Shown one piece after another: positions 25,083 through 35,214 of a stretch of 60,234 nucleotides of DNA (within the stretch, counting starts at the first letter, position 1; each line of letters opens with the position of its first letter). Under the pieces are notes generated by a model. It saw only the letters and a list, made by a program, of their open reading frames with translations. It had not been told where the DNA came from and searched no databases. Origin of the DNA: a virus (lineage: Duplodnaviria > Caudoviricetes); the IMG/VR virus record IMGVR_UViG_3300037488_001588, positions 1 to 60,234 of that record, one strand, 5' to 3'. Both the position numbers and the translations under genes were made by a program.

Positions 25083-27205
25083 CAGAGGAATTTCCCGTCA
25101 GGCGCCGCGCGGTAGCGCATTGCGCCGAGGCGCCAGAACGTACCGACGTCGACACTCTCGAACTTGATCGACACGAGACGACCCCTGAAACGGGGCGACA
25201 CGTACTGGATCGCGTTCGACAGCGTGTAGGGGCCGTAGGTCGAGACCGGTCCGTTCGGGTACTCGGCGACGTAGAAGGTCATGAGTACCTGCGCATTGGG
25301 TGAGCTGCCGTACGATCCCCACTTCATGTCAGGCCACACCTGATCGACGAACATCAGCATGTCGGCCTCGTTCAGCGCGAAGTACCCCGTCGTGAACGAC
25401 GACACGAGAGCCTGACCATCCGCGTCGTTCGACGTCTCGTGCTGGTACAGCACGCTGTCCGTGCCGGCGCCGATCGGCGCGCCCAGAATCGACTGATTGA
25501 TCCACGCCGTGCGGCCGAGCGATCCGTAGTCCCACCCGGCGCCGTCCGGCAGCAGAGTGTTGAGCTTGACGTAGCTGTCCACCTCACCGTTGCCAGCGCT
25601 GCTGGGGTAGTACCATGTGATCTCGTTGAAGCGGGAGTTAACGGCGACGCGGATCTTCCGGACATTGTCAAGATCGAGGTTCTGGAACACGATATCCCAG
25701 ACCGGACATGACAGGGACTCCACACCCTGTCCCGCCATCCGGTAGAACTGCGTCGGGCCCATCCAGTAGAGCGAGCCCATGTAGGCGGCCACGGCTTTGC
25801 GCGCCAGAAGGCCGGTACCGATGCCGACCTCGTTGAAGCTGTAGACGCCCTGCCCGCCTGTGTACTGCATCGTCCACACACCGACGTCAGTCAGGATGAC
25901 GCACTGCTGACCCATCTGAAGCGCCGATATGATGCGCGAGCCCCGGGGGATGCGGTAGCTGCCGGCGCGCGTCGTCGGATCGGCAACCCAGTTGAAGAAA
26001 TTGCCGACGTCGCACCACCTGATGAGGAGGTGGTCCTGAATGCCAGAGAACGACGACGCCCACGCGATTACCTGTCGCTGCGGCATCGCCACGAACGCGC
26101 CGTCGTTGCAGATAGGGCCCTGCGCGATCGGGGCCGGCGAGCCCGCCTGCCGTTGCGGCGACCAGTAGTACAGCGGTCCCCCTACGTGCGTGTCGCCGCC
26201 GCTCACCGAGCCGAACGTCGTGAGGACGGGGCACGCGATGAGCGTCTCGCCGAAATTGTCCAACGTCCAGTCGAGCGTCACTATCGCATCGCCGTCCGAA
26301 GGCGTGGGTGTGGCACCCGAGCCGTAGCCGCCTGTACCGTATCCTCCCGTGCCGTAGCCGGACCCGATCGGGAGCGCCCCGGCGCCAAGGTAAAAGTTCA
26401 GCCGCACGTCGCCGCCGTTTATAGACTCGGTATCGGTGGCGCTGGCGAGCTGGTTGGCAAGGAACGAGAAGACGTTCGCGCTGGTGACCTCGGTGACGAC
26501 GTTATTGCCGAACAGGGTCAGCCCGCCCACGACCGTCGACACCAGAATTGGGTACGTATCGCCGACCTGATATCCGTGGTCGTTGAGCGTTACCTCGACC
26601 GTGGCGCTGCCGCTCGTCGTGTCGAACACCGCCACAGCACCGAGGTTTGCTATGGTCGATGGCACGTATACCGGATTGCCAAGCGTATCTGTCAGCTGGA
26701 TCTGGAACACGTTCGCGCTCGCGGCGATGCACTGGTAAAAGCCGAAGATGACAGCGCCGCCAACGGATACGTGCGTGGGGATGTACACGGCATCGAACGC
26801 GGTCGCGTTGCTGCCGGTGTCGAGTATATCGACAATATCTGAGCCGGCTGTGGTGCTGAAGTCGACCGTGACGTTGTCCTGTCGCACTTCCGGCGTGATG
26901 TTGCTGAGAATCCCATCGCTGATGACGGCGAGCGACGACCCGACACCCGGCGTGGCGCTCTCGTCGCAGCCGACTGCCAGCCATTTGTAGTTGTCGGTAT
27001 CCTGCCACGCACACAGCGCCCGCACGGTCGACGGCATCGCCGTAGGGTAGAAGCGCGTCCAGCCGCCCAGCTTCTGCACGAGGCCGATACCGGCGCGATC
27101 TATGGCGAACCGAATGAGCTGAGACTCGGATATGCCGGCCTCGTTCAGCGTCGGGGTCTTGGTAGTATCGACGCCCGGGATCAGCTTCAGGGTCTGGTGC
27201 GGCAC
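25082..27205 (-). CDS. Tail nozzle / stabilisation protein (P22 gp10 or T7 gp12-like beta-propeller)
   Basis: 707 aa; KLGGW, WTLDNFGE.LIA, LIRWCD, EITWYYPS, RFRGR motifs; follows the adaptor gene. Confidence 0.7.
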   Translation of the reverse strand: MPHQTLKLIPGVDTTKTPTLNEAGISESQLIRFAIDRAGIGLVQKLGGWTRFYPTAMPSTVRALCAWQDTDNYKWLAVGCDESATPGVGSSLAVISDGILSNITPEVRQDNVTVDFSTTAGSDIVDILDTGSNATAFDAVYIPTHVSVGGAVIFGFYQCIAASANVFQIQLTDTLGNPVYVPSTIANLGAVAVFDTTSGSATVEVTLNDHGYQVGDTYPILVSTVVGGLTLFGNNVVTEVTSANVFSFLANQLASATDTESINGGDVRLNFYLGAGALPIGSGYGTGGYGTGGYGSGATPTPSDGDAIVTLDWTLDNFGETLIACPVLTTFGSVSGGDTHVGGPLYYWSPQRQAGSPAPIAQGPICNDGAFVAMPQRQVIAWASSFSGIQDHLLIRWCDVGNFFNWVADPTTRAGSYRIPRGSRIISALQMGQQCVILTDVGVWTMQYTGGQGVYSFNEVGIGTGLLARKAVAAYMGSLYWMGPTQFYRMAGQGVESLSCPVWDIVFQNLDLDNVRKIRVAVNSRFNEITWYYPSSAGNGEVDSYVKLNTLLPDGAGWDYGSLGRTAWINQSILGAPIGAGTDSVLYQHETSNDADGQALVSSFTTGYFALNEADMLMFVDQVWPDMKWGSYGSSPNAQVLMTFYVAEYPNGPVSTYGPYTLSNAIQYVSPRFRGRLVSIKFESVDVGTFWRLGAMRYRAAPDGKFL

Positions 27206-27208
27206 GGA

Positions 27209-27925
27209 CTACCCTCGCGTGGGCGTCGCGGCGATGGCCGGCGACATCGACGTCCAGCCAGAAGACTGGAATTTCTTACGGGCCTCCTCGACAGCCGCGC
27301 TCTTCATCATCGTCTGGTACTGGCCCTCGTAGGTGACGCCCATCGTGGGGTCGTTGCCCATCAGACCGAAGTTGCGCTGGTAGCCCGAGATGTAGACCAT
27401 GGCTGCGTACAGCAGCAGATCCGGCATGTACGTGCTGATCCACGTCGTCGTGTTGGTCGCCGACAGGGACGGCGGCCTGATCGTGCCCACGATCTCAAGA
27501 GCGTAGTTCGCGTCCGGCCACGGTCCCACAAGAACTGTTGTCGTGTTCAGGATGGCCATGCGTGACGGTAGCGCTGCGCCTGTCGTGCTGCCCCATACCG
27601 AGTACAGGAATTCTTTCGACGCAGGGACGAGAGGATTGCGTGTGGCGGTGAGCGGGCTGGCCTGCCCGACAGGGGTCAGGACGTTGATGTTCTGGAGCGT
27701 CACGAAATCGCCCTCGGCCAATGTCAGGACGTTGCTCCCCGACATCAGCGAGAAGCCCGTGACGGCCATGACCGTCGACAGGAGGTCGATGTCGCGATAG
27801 ATCCGCAGCTCGGCGTAGTTGATCGCGCTCGGGAGGTTGGACAGGAACGCATCGTCCGTGGGCGAGACCACGGCGAGCAACGCCAGCTCCGTCGCGAAAG
27901 TCGAGTAGGTAAGCCCGGCAACCAT
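27209..27925 (-). CDS. Head-tail adaptor / tail tubular protein A-like
   Basis: I.YAE.RI.RD, VGPWPDANY, NTTTW....PDLLLYA motifs; position. Confidence 0.65.
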   Translation of the reverse strand: MVAGLTYSTFATELALLAVVSPTDDAFLSNLPSAINYAELRIYRDIDLLSTVMAVTGFSLMSGSNVLTLAEGDFVTLQNINVLTPVGQASPLTATRNPLVPASKEFLYSVWGSTTGAALPSRMAILNTTTVLVGPWPDANYALEIVGTIRPPSLSATNTTTWISTYMPDLLLYAAMVYISGYQRNFGLMGNDPTMGVTYEGQYQTMMKSAAVEEARKKFQSSGWTSMSPAIAATPTRG

Positions 27926-28140
27926 CAGGTGGGATCTTTCTCCAGCTCTGCCGTGAGGTCATCCAGACGCCTGCGCGTGCTCTCGATCGCGGCCGAGAAC
28001 TCGCTCAGCTCGTCGGCGGTGGTCGGCGTCGGGCTCTTGGCCAACGCGATCGAGCGGCTCACGACGTCCGAGATGTCGAGGCCCAGTTTGATGGCCGGCA
28101 GTACGAGGCCCATTGCCTCGCCGAGTAGTGTGACCAACAT
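27925..28140 (-). CDS. Small lysis-cassette protein
   Basis: 71 aa, amphipathic, last gene of the lysis cassette. Confidence 0.55.
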   Translation of the reverse strand: MLVTLLGEAMGLVLPAIKLGLDISDVVSRSIALAKSPTPTTADELSEFSAAIESTRRRLDDLTAELEKDPT

Positions 28141-28149
28141 GCGCGGCTC

Positions 28150-28521
28150 CTACTTGTACGTGTCGAGGATCTTCTGGAACGCCGGGATGCCGATCGTGGC
28201 GGCGGCGACTGCTGCCGTGACGGCGTCCTGCGTGACGCCCGGCACGCTGGCGATCGTCCTCGCCTTGTCGAACGCGAGCATGATGTTGTGGTTGGTCTTG
28301 CGCAGCATGCCGACCACCTCGGGATCGCTACAGGTGACAACCGTCCGGGGCGTCGTGCAGCGCGGGCGGTTGTTGTAGGCCACCGCCGTCAACAGGACAG
28401 CTTCGTAGGCGACCTCTGCCTGCAGCACGATCTTCTGCGCCGCGACCGTGGAGAGGGTCGGTTGCGGGGCCGGCTGGCACGCCGCCAGTGCCAGCACGAG
28501 GATCAGGGCTATGCGCTTCAT
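28150..28521 (-). CDS. Lipoprotein, probable spanin-like lysis protein
   Basis: MKRIALILVLALAAC lipobox; downstream of endolysin and holin; start reassigned to 28521. Confidence 0.7.
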   Translation of the reverse strand: MKRIALILVLALAACQPAPQPTLSTVAAQKIVLQAEVAYEAVLLTAVAYNNRPRCTTPRTVVTCSDPEVVGMLRKTNHNIMLAFDKARTIASVPGVTQDAVTAAVAAATIGIPAFQKILDTYK

Positions 28522-28838
28522 ACCGGCGACACTCCGTTGTTGGCCTTGTCGAGCGCGGCAGCGACGACAGGCGCCGGGGCGGTGCCGGTGTCGACCTTGA
28601 CGGACACGCCGGGCATCGCGCCGGCCGTCAGGGCGATGTTCCGGGGCGAGCGCGTGACAAGTCCCCAGACCACGGTGCCGGCGATGGCGAGGATCGGCGC
28701 GGCCTGAAGAGCCCAGCCGGTGATCTGGCCCATCTGCTCGTTGCTGAGCTTGCCGCTTGAGACCAGTGCCGTGAGAACGATGGTGGTGGTGGTCCGCAAG
28801 AGGGAATTCCACTGCACCTGAGAGAGACCGAGGAACAT
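28518..28838 (-). CDS. Putative holin
   Basis: 106 aa, two hydrophobic helices, directly after endolysin. Confidence 0.65.
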   Translation of the reverse strand: MFLGLSQVQWNSLLRTTTTIVLTALVSSGKLSNEQMGQITGWALQAAPILAIAGTVVWGLVTRSPRNIALTAGAMPGVSVKVDTGTAPAPVVAAALDKANNGVSPV

Positions 28839-28841
28839 TGG

Positions 28842-29573
28842 CTATCCTTTCAACTTGAGAGAGCTGCGCGTCAAGGCGCCGACGATACCGTCAGCGTCGC
28901 CACATTCGGGGTGCGTCTTCTGCCATGCTATTACGGCGGCTTGCGTCTTGTGGCCGAACACACCATCCGCCGGGATGCCCAGCGCGGTTTGCAGCGCCGC
29001 CACATCGGGGCCGGGGCCGCAGCCGACATGGAGCAGCCGTGTCTGCGGAGGTGGCGACGCAGCGCCATCGGCGGACATGTTGCCCATGAGTTTGCGGATG
29101 GTGCTGAGCACACTTGTCAGATTGGCCGCGTAGTTGGGGTCGGTCGCGTAGCCGGCTTTCTGCAACCTGCGGAAATACTCTTCATCCGACATGGTGTCGT
29201 CGCGATCGAACACGTCCCGATATCGTCCGTTGGCCTTGAGAAAATTGAAATGATCTTCGATGCCTTCGGCCAGTGTCGGGTAGTCGCGGAAACGGGCAAC
29301 GATGTGTTCGACAGACTGCGTGGCAGGGTTCCACTCCCACGTCGGGCGGTCCTGCGTCAAGCCGCGCCACGACGGGTCCGCCTTGATGCCGAACAGGTTG
29401 TTGCCGATGGCTGACTTACCCCAGCCCGTTTCCTGCGCGGCTTGCGCCACAACTGCCGCAGGGCTGCAACCTATCTTGGCCGCAGTAGTTGCGGCGGAAT
29501 TGAGCATGCGGGCCGTCCACACGGCGAGGCGCTGCATGTGCGGATCGGCGTAAGGTTTAGCTATAGCGTACAT
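28842..29573 (-). CDS. Endolysin: GH73 glucosaminidase (FlgJ-like) with peptidoglycan-binding domain
   Basis: AQAAQETGWG, NNLFGIKA, FRDY, LQKAGYATDPNYA; C-terminal V..LQ.ALG..ADGVFG.KT..AV..WQ...DGIVG..T. Confidence 0.92.
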   Translation of the reverse strand: MYAIAKPYADPHMQRLAVWTARMLNSAATTAAKIGCSPAAVVAQAAQETGWGKSAIGNNLFGIKADPSWRGLTQDRPTWEWNPATQSVEHIVARFRDYPTLAEGIEDHFNFLKANGRYRDVFDRDDTMSDEEYFRRLQKAGYATDPNYAANLTSVLSTIRKLMGNMSADGAASPPPQTRLLHVGCGPGPDVAALQTALGIPADGVFGHKTQAAVIAWQKTHPECGDADGIVGALTRSSLKLKG

Positions 29574-29682
29574 CCGGCACCCGTCGTCGTATCCTGCGGC
29601 ACACAGGCTAGAGAAATATCACATGTACAGCATACACTTAAAAGACGGCACAATCATCCCGGCAGACGTCCGGCCCTGTTGT

Positions 29683-32600
29683 TCACGGCTGGCATCCGTT
29701 GGCCATAGGCGACGTGCTGGTCCCGAAGAGGAGTATTTGTATCTTCTGGTTGGTGCATCGCGTGGCCGAACCGCCTAGCTGGGAGAACACAGGAGCAAGT
29801 ACGACTCCCCCTACATTGTTCGCTATGGCAAAGGCACGGGCATCTGTAGCGTCGCGAACGGTGGTGCCTGCGGGCCACGCCCCCAAGACAAACTGGAGAA
29901 CGACGTGCCCCTGCGGGAAACTGCCCGGAGCGCCTATCATGCTCCAGAACTTGGTCATCGACGTGGCGAACGTGTAGCCTGTCGGAGCAGGTCGCCCCAC
30001 CGAGATAAAGAATTGATCCACATTGGTGACGATGGGGTTGAGGTTGCCATTGGCCCCCATGTCGCAGTTGTTCTGCGTGGCCCCGATACCGCAGAAGCCC
30101 CCACTCTGCCCTGCACCCAAAAGACCGTTGGAGACGACAGCGTACTGGTACCCCGCTGCGCGCGTAATGTTGGAGAACTCGATCATATTGGCCGTGTTGC
30201 GACTGGCCAACCGACCGTCGGACATTTCGCAATCACACAGCACACCCCATATCTGGTTCGTGCCGCCAGCCAGCGTGGCATCATGCAGAAACACCCAGTC
30301 GTCCACCGTAGAGTAATTCACACCCGCCTGTGTCGTTGTATTGGGAAAGTAGGTGTCGGGTGCGGCCTTGGCCGTGGTGTAGGATACGACATTGATGTCA
30401 GGGATGCCGTAGGCCGCCGTGACATCGAGGTAGCCGCAGTAGCGAATGATCGATGTCACTGTCAGCGCGTCGCCGCTGGAGGTGGTCGCATAGTCTGTCA
30501 CATAGACGCCCGCCCCGCCCGGTGTGCCGCTCGTCTGCGAGACGATGACAGTCCCGACAGGCACGCCTGTCCCGGCTACGATATACCCCGGCCACAGGAA
30601 CCCGGCTGCGTTGAGGCCCGTCACTGTCAGGTTGGTTCCCGATCCAGTGCCCGTGAAGGTACCTACAGTGGACCCCGCAGGGCAGGCCCCACCTGCATGC
30701 GCAGGATATCCATTCAGGTAGAGCAACTGCGCGTACATCGCCGCGTCGGCTTTATCGTAGGTGGTGAAATTGACGCGCGCCTGATTGCCGTTGCTGGTGA
30801 AGAACACTGTGCCCGCTGCGGAATTAGGCTTCATGTTGGCGATGCCGCCCGCCGTGAGAGAGGCTCCGCTGGAGGTGGTGGCTTGGCTGGTGACGTAGAC
30901 GCCTGCGCCACCCACTGTGCCGCTCGTCTGTGAGACGATGGTGGTTCCCATAGGGACACCCGTCCCAGACACGGCGTACCCTGCGACAATGGTCCCTGTG
31001 ACGCCTGTCACAGTCAGGTCGGTTCCCGACCCCGTCCCGGTGAAGGCTGCCCGACACAGATTGCACCGATTACCCCAAGCCAGCGCGGCGGCGGAGGCGG
31101 TGGTCGATGTTGACGAGTGATTTGATAGAGGGCTCTGCCCATAAACCGCCGTGACAGGATACCAAGGATACTTGGCGTTGCTTTCCGCATCGCTTGTGGG
31201 GAGACGCGCGGATCGCCACACTTCCCAGCCGGGGTACACACTGCTGAGCATCGCCTGCGTGAAGTAATTCGGCGGGAAGTTGGCGTCAGGATTGTAGGGC
31301 GGAAGCGGGAACAGCAGATTGGTCATAATCTGCGTCGAGAGCGCATCCGCGAAAATGGCCATTTGCGTAAGCGCACTGTTGGAGGTGAACGTGACCCCCG
31401 CGCTGTAGCTCGCCAGTTGAAGGATCGTCAGGGGGTCCGTAGGAAACGTCGTTGCAGTACTTGTCTTTGTTGACTGTCCTGTATTACGAATCCAGTTGGC
31501 TCCGGGCTTGGCTATTGCCGCAATGCCAAAACCTTGATTGAAAGTGGAGAGCGGGCCGCCCGTAGTGACGGTGGCCGTTGCGCTGTCCACCAACTGCATG
31601 CTGAACGTGTTCGAGACGTTTACGTTGTTCTGCACGAGCGTGATGCGCTTGGTGTTGGCGGCGTTTTCCATCGCCATGAAGACGTTGCTTACGTTTTGCG
31701 CGGCGTCAGGCAGTCGGACATCCAGAAGAAACGAGTACGCCGAACGAGACTGGAGGTTCGTCGGTATGCTCATCTTGATCCGGTCTACAACGCGCGCGAC
31801 GGCCACCGTCGTGGTCGGGATGTAGGACGACATGACCGTCGAGGTCTGCACCGACCCGGCTGTGTTCTGCTGCGCCTGACAGCCCCAGATCGCCAGCGAC
31901 GACGTGTTGTCGCCCGTGTAGCTCAGGTTTGTGCCGTCAGACAGGCCGAAGGCCACACGTAGCGTGACCGCCGTGTTGGTGGTGAAGGTCAGTCCGACAC
32001 GCACGTAGCCGTAGGGTGAGGTCCTATCCGCTGCAACGAGGCCCCCAGCCTGAAGGTGTGTGGCAAGAGTGGTGAACGACGTGCCGACCCCCACCGCCGT
32101 GGGCAGAAGGTCGCTCGTGTAGTCGTAGTTGAAGATTGCGTAGGCACCATTGCCCGCGTTGTCGTCCACGTAAACATACGGGACGCGGTCGCCTGCCCCC
32201 GGCGCAAACCAGCAGCTTGCCGTGTAGGTCAGCGCGCTGGCGGCCTTGGTGATGCTCTGGATGATCTGGTGGGTTCCGGTGCTGGCGTCCTCCGTCAGCG
32301 TCGAGGCGACCAGCGTCCCGGTCGGCGCGGCGCGCGCGGCGGCGGCGACGGCCACGTTGGTCTTCGTCCAAGTGGCGCTGGTGAACGTCTCGCTCTGGAG
32401 TAGGGCGTTGGTTGCGGCGTTCTCCCAGCAAATACCCCGCAGTTCGCCGTCGCCCCCATAGCACGGCTCTGCCACGGTGTTCGCGGGGATCTGAACGAGC
32501 GTCCCGGTGCTGTCGTATATCCACTTCGCGGTCGACGTGACGACGCCCGACAGCGCCGTGAACATCGCCGAGAAGCTGCCGTAGTCTGTATACGACCCGA

Positions 32601-32802
32601 TTGTCGTCGGGTCTTGGTAGCCGAACTCGTTGTTTACGTAGTCGATCAGCAGGCCGCCTGTGATCTTGATCTGGGCAATCGGGGAGGACTGGTTCCCTTG
32701 ATTGAAATCGTTCGCTCTGGCCACGCCGATAGACTGGCTGTGGGCCGCGCCACCAAACAAGGAAAAGCCCGCGAGCAGCGCCAGAAGAATACGATAGGAC
32801 AT
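29683..32802 (-). CDS. Large spike/fibre-like protein with N-terminal signal peptide
   Basis: MSYRILLALLAGFSLFGGAAHS|Q; GICWENAATNALLQSE, IWGCQAQ, SSYIPTT..AVAR..D motifs seen in phage spike/fibre domains; duplicated ~64-aa Gly/Thr module. Confidence 0.65.
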   Translation of the reverse strand: MSYRILLALLAGFSLFGGAAHSQSIGVARANDFNQGNQSSPIAQIKITGGLLIDYVNNEFGYQDPTTIGSYTDYGSFSAMFTALSGVVTSTAKWIYDSTGTLVQIPANTVAEPCYGGDGELRGICWENAATNALLQSETFTSATWTKTNVAVAAAARAAPTGTLVASTLTEDASTGTHQIIQSITKAASALTYTASCWFAPGAGDRVPYVYVDDNAGNGAYAIFNYDYTSDLLPTAVGVGTSFTTLATHLQAGGLVAADRTSPYGYVRVGLTFTTNTAVTLRVAFGLSDGTNLSYTGDNTSSLAIWGCQAQQNTAGSVQTSTVMSSYIPTTTVAVARVVDRIKMSIPTNLQSRSAYSFLLDVRLPDAAQNVSNVFMAMENAANTKRITLVQNNVNVSNTFSMQLVDSATATVTTGGPLSTFNQGFGIAAIAKPGANWIRNTGQSTKTSTATTFPTDPLTILQLASYSAGVTFTSNSALTQMAIFADALSTQIMTNLLFPLPPYNPDANFPPNYFTQAMLSSVYPGWEVWRSARLPTSDAESNAKYPWYPVTAVYGQSPLSNHSSTSTTASAAALAWGNRCNLCRAAFTGTGSGTDLTVTGVTGTIVAGYAVSGTGVPMGTTIVSQTSGTVGGAGVYVTSQATTSSGASLTAGGIANMKPNSAAGTVFFTSNGNQARVNFTTYDKADAAMYAQLLYLNGYPAHAGGACPAGSTVGTFTGTGSGTNLTVTGLNAAGFLWPGYIVAGTGVPVGTVIVSQTSGTPGGAGVYVTDYATTSSGDALTVTSIIRYCGYLDVTAAYGIPDINVVSYTTAKAAPDTYFPNTTTQAGVNYSTVDDWVFLHDATLAGGTNQIWGVLCDCEMSDGRLASRNTANMIEFSNITRAAGYQYAVVSNGLLGAGQSGGFCGIGATQNNCDMGANGNLNPIVTNVDQFFISVGRPAPTGYTFATSMTKFWSMIGAPGSFPQGHVVLQFVLGAWPAGTTVRDATDARAFAIANNVGGVVLAPVFSQLGGSATRCTNQKIQILLFGTSTSPMANGCQP
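30460..31044 (-). repeat. Duplicated ~64-aa module (about 30853-31044 and 30460-30657)
   Basis: FTGTGSGT.LTVTG...GY.V.GTGVP.GT.IVSQTSGT.GGAGVYVT..ATTSSG..LT twice. Confidence 0.85.
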
Positions 32803-32812
32803 CACAGCACCC

Positions 32813-33466
32813 TCAGAAGTTCTGCGTAATGGAGGCCAGCCAGTCTGTTCCTCCGTTGGTCGTGATGAACGTAAGCACGTCCCGCTGACCCATCGTCGTC
32901 GTGAGCGAGGGCGGAACGCCGTTGGGCCACAGTACCGGAGCTCCCCACGTCTGCGTGTAGGTGGTGCCGTTGCCGGTCATCACCAACGTGAACGCCGTCG
33001 CGCCTGCGGGGGCGTTGGAGATCGTGAACGTCGTGATGTTGGCATTTGATGTAGTCGTGTAGACTGTGGCGCCGCTGCTAAGATCGATGGTCAGTACGTT
33101 GGCGGTGATCGACACCGCCGACACCGTCTCAACAATGGTCTTGAGAACGGTAGTCGCGCCCGATGTGACCGTCCCGGTAAAGGTGGGGGAATTACCGACA
33201 AAGTACGAGGTCGCCAAGCGTGTGTAGCAGACGGTAGTGCCACTGGTCGGCTGCACCTGATAGATGTCATCCGCTGCGGAACAGGCCCCGCTCGTCAGAT
33301 TAAAGATGCCGGGGGTCGCGTCGTTGACCTGTACAACTTGAGGGCGCGAAGTCGTCATCGCCTTGAGCGCGGCGATGGACGGCACGGTGTAATACTGCGT
33401 CTGCGTCTGACTGTAAGCGAGGGACGGGGCAGTAAGGGCCAACAGAAGAAGGAGATGCTTTTTCAT
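32813..33466 (-). CDS. Fibre-tip-like protein with N-terminal signal peptide
   Basis: MKKHLLLLLALTAPSLAYS|Q; C-terminal IDLS.G...FTISNAP...W...V.WP.G..P.LTT...DV..F.T..GG..W domain common in phage fibres. Confidence 0.7.
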   Translation of the reverse strand: MKKHLLLLLALTAPSLAYSQTQTQYYTVPSIAALKAMTTSRPQVVQVNDATPGIFNLTSGACSAADDIYQVQPTSGTTVCYTRLATSYFVGNSPTFTGTVTSGATTVLKTIVETVSAVSITANVLTIDLSSGATVYTTTSNANITTFTISNAPAGATAFTLVMTGNGTTYTQTWGAPVLWPNGVPPSLTTTMGQRDVLTFITTNGGTDWLASITQNF

Positions 33467-34008
33467 GCCGGCGTCCATGTCCCCATAGAGGATTGAGCAA
33501 GCCACTCGGTGTCTGAGCGGCACTTGATGAAAAGGTACGACCCGATCGTGTTGGCGGTGATAGTCCCCCCTGCGGACGTTGCCAGCTCCCCAAGGTAAAT
33601 CGTGACCCCGCCGGGGGCGTCTATCACGAGGTTCTGGGCTTCCATGACGGCAAACCCGTAAGCAAGCCCGACCGTCGCGGCGGGGAGCGTGAACGTGACT
33701 TGGCCAGCTGCTCCGTTATTGTCGAAATCCCGGTAATTATCGGCGGCCAAGATGGTGTAGTTCGCCGTCTTGGATGTGGCGATACCGAAGGGAAGTTCGC
33801 CGAGAAAGCCTCCGTTGTCGTACAAGAAGTTCCCAGTGCTGCCGCCGTAAATTCCGGTTCCGCCGACCGCTAGGGTGAGATTGAAGTACGTTTGGAGCTG
33901 AGCCACGGTGATCCTGACCGACGTACCAGCCTGCACGGCCTCAAGCTGTTCCGATCCACCCAGCGCGATCGCGACCGGCAGGTTTGGAATCTGGATGTAC
34001 GCGACCAT
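33463..34008 (-). CDS. Virion appendage protein
   Basis: I.NLP.A.AL.G.E N-terminal motif, LYDN.G..GELP, SKTANYT...TLP.A fibre motifs. Confidence 0.65.
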   Translation of the reverse strand: MVAYIQIPNLPVAIALGGSEQLEAVQAGTSVRITVAQLQTYFNLTLAVGGTGIYGGSTGNFLYDNGGFLGELPFGIATSKTANYTILAADNYRDFDNNGAAGQVTFTLPAATVGLAYGFAVMEAQNLVIDAPGGVTIYLGELATSAGGTITANTIGSYLFIKCRSDTEWLAQSSMGTWTPA

Positions 34009-34511
34009 TAGAGTGCCCCCGTATCGGGAATTTCATCGTTGCCATACGGCAGGCCCGGAACTTGACCCGCCGGCAAATTCGGTTGGGTGCCGGGTAGCTG
34101 GTTGAGGCCGCCGGGCGGCTCGCCCGTTTGCTGCGGCACGCGGCGACGGTTGTTCTGCGTGATGCGGTAATCACCCACGGGTCCGATCGGGATGCCGGTG
34201 TTGCCGTACGTGCGGACAGTGCTGCCAGTGACACGTTGCGTCGACTGGTCGGCGACGAACGGCTCGATGCGAGGGTTGGCGATCGGCAGCGGATCGGCGG
34301 GCAGCACGATCGCCCGTAGCTGCTCCTGCGGCTTGTCGAGACACCGCGGGCAGACAAGGATCTGCTTGTTGATCATGCCGGCGCCGGCCCAGTCCCATTG
34401 GAAGCTGAGCTTGTGATGGTTGATCCAGATACCGCAGCGATCGCAGACGGCGAAGGCGCGAGGATTTCGCGCGTTGGCGTATGCGCGGCCGGCGCGCGAG
34501 GCGTAGCTCAT
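34008..34511 (-). CDS. Zn-ribbon protein of the head-tail region
   Basis: AVCDRCG...LVCPRCLD.PQ.QL; start reassigned to ATG 34511. Confidence 0.7.
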   Translation of the reverse strand: MSYASRAGRAYANARNPRAFAVCDRCGIWINHHKLSFQWDWAGAGMINKQILVCPRCLDKPQEQLRAIVLPADPLPIANPRIEPFVADQSTQRVTGSTVRTYGNTGIPIGPVGDYRITQNNRRRVPQQTGEPPGGLNQLPGTQPNLPAGQVPGLPYGNDEIPDTGAL

Positions 34512-35200
34512 CGGTAGTACCCTCCGAGCTGCGGCGTCATGTAGATGGCCGCCGTCTCGACGTCCTGCCCCTGCGCCTTCATCAGGCTCTTGTCGGCGAA
34601 CGGCGCGACGGCGCCGATCGCGCCGGGGTTCCAGATGCGAGCGAGCTGGAGAGCCAGCCCGTTGGCGAAGGCCGGGAGCCACCGCAGCGGGAGGTCGGCC
34701 GTCTGGCCAGCCGCAAAGCCGGCGTCTTGGATCTGGCGTACCCGGTAGTAGCGCAGGTACTGCGCGCTGACGCCGTCAGGGACCGGCCACAGCGTGACCT
34801 CCGGGTTGATGAGGCGATCGTACCAGAAGACCGTCGGAAACCCCTCCAGCTCCTTATTTGGGTAGCTGGCGTACTCCGTACGGCTGATCGGCAGGATGAT
34901 GCGGTCCTGCGGGGGCGAGACGCCATCGTCGATGCGTATATAGGCGTCGAGCATGACGATCGTGCTCGGGTCGACGGGGTACGTCGCCTGCCCCTCGACA
35001 AGGGTCTCCTCGACGAGATCGACCTTCCACAGGTTCGGCGTGTCGTTCGACCATTCGGCGAGCATGAGGTTCATCGCCATGCGCGCGCTCTCCATGTGCT
35101 CCTGCACGATGGACGTCGGACGGACTTGGATCAGGTTGTACGCGAACAGGACCAGCTCGCCGAGACTGGGCTGGAAGTCGTAGGTACCGCTAGAGGTCAT
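34508..35200 (-). CDS. Head-tail adaptor (second adaptor-like protein)
   Basis: TSGTYDF, A...NL.L.EW.N...NLW, ISR.EY...PNK...G.P, LWPVPD, GLA..LA. Confidence 0.65.
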   Translation of the reverse strand: MTSSGTYDFQPSLGELVLFAYNLIQVRPTSIVQEHMESARMAMNLMLAEWSNDTPNLWKVDLVEETLVEGQATYPVDPSTIVMLDAYIRIDDGVSPPQDRIILPISRTEYASYPNKELEGFPTVFWYDRLINPEVTLWPVPDGVSAQYLRYYRVRQIQDAGFAAGQTADLPLRWLPAFANGLALQLARIWNPGAIGAVAPFADKSLMKAQGQDVETAAIYMTPQLGGYYR

Positions 35201-35214
35201 CGGGTATTCCTCCC

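Noticed and set aside
30460-31044. Duplicated module as a diversity-generating retroelement TR/VR pair
   Set aside because: No reverse transcriptase; differences are not adenine-specific; both copies are in frame within one gene
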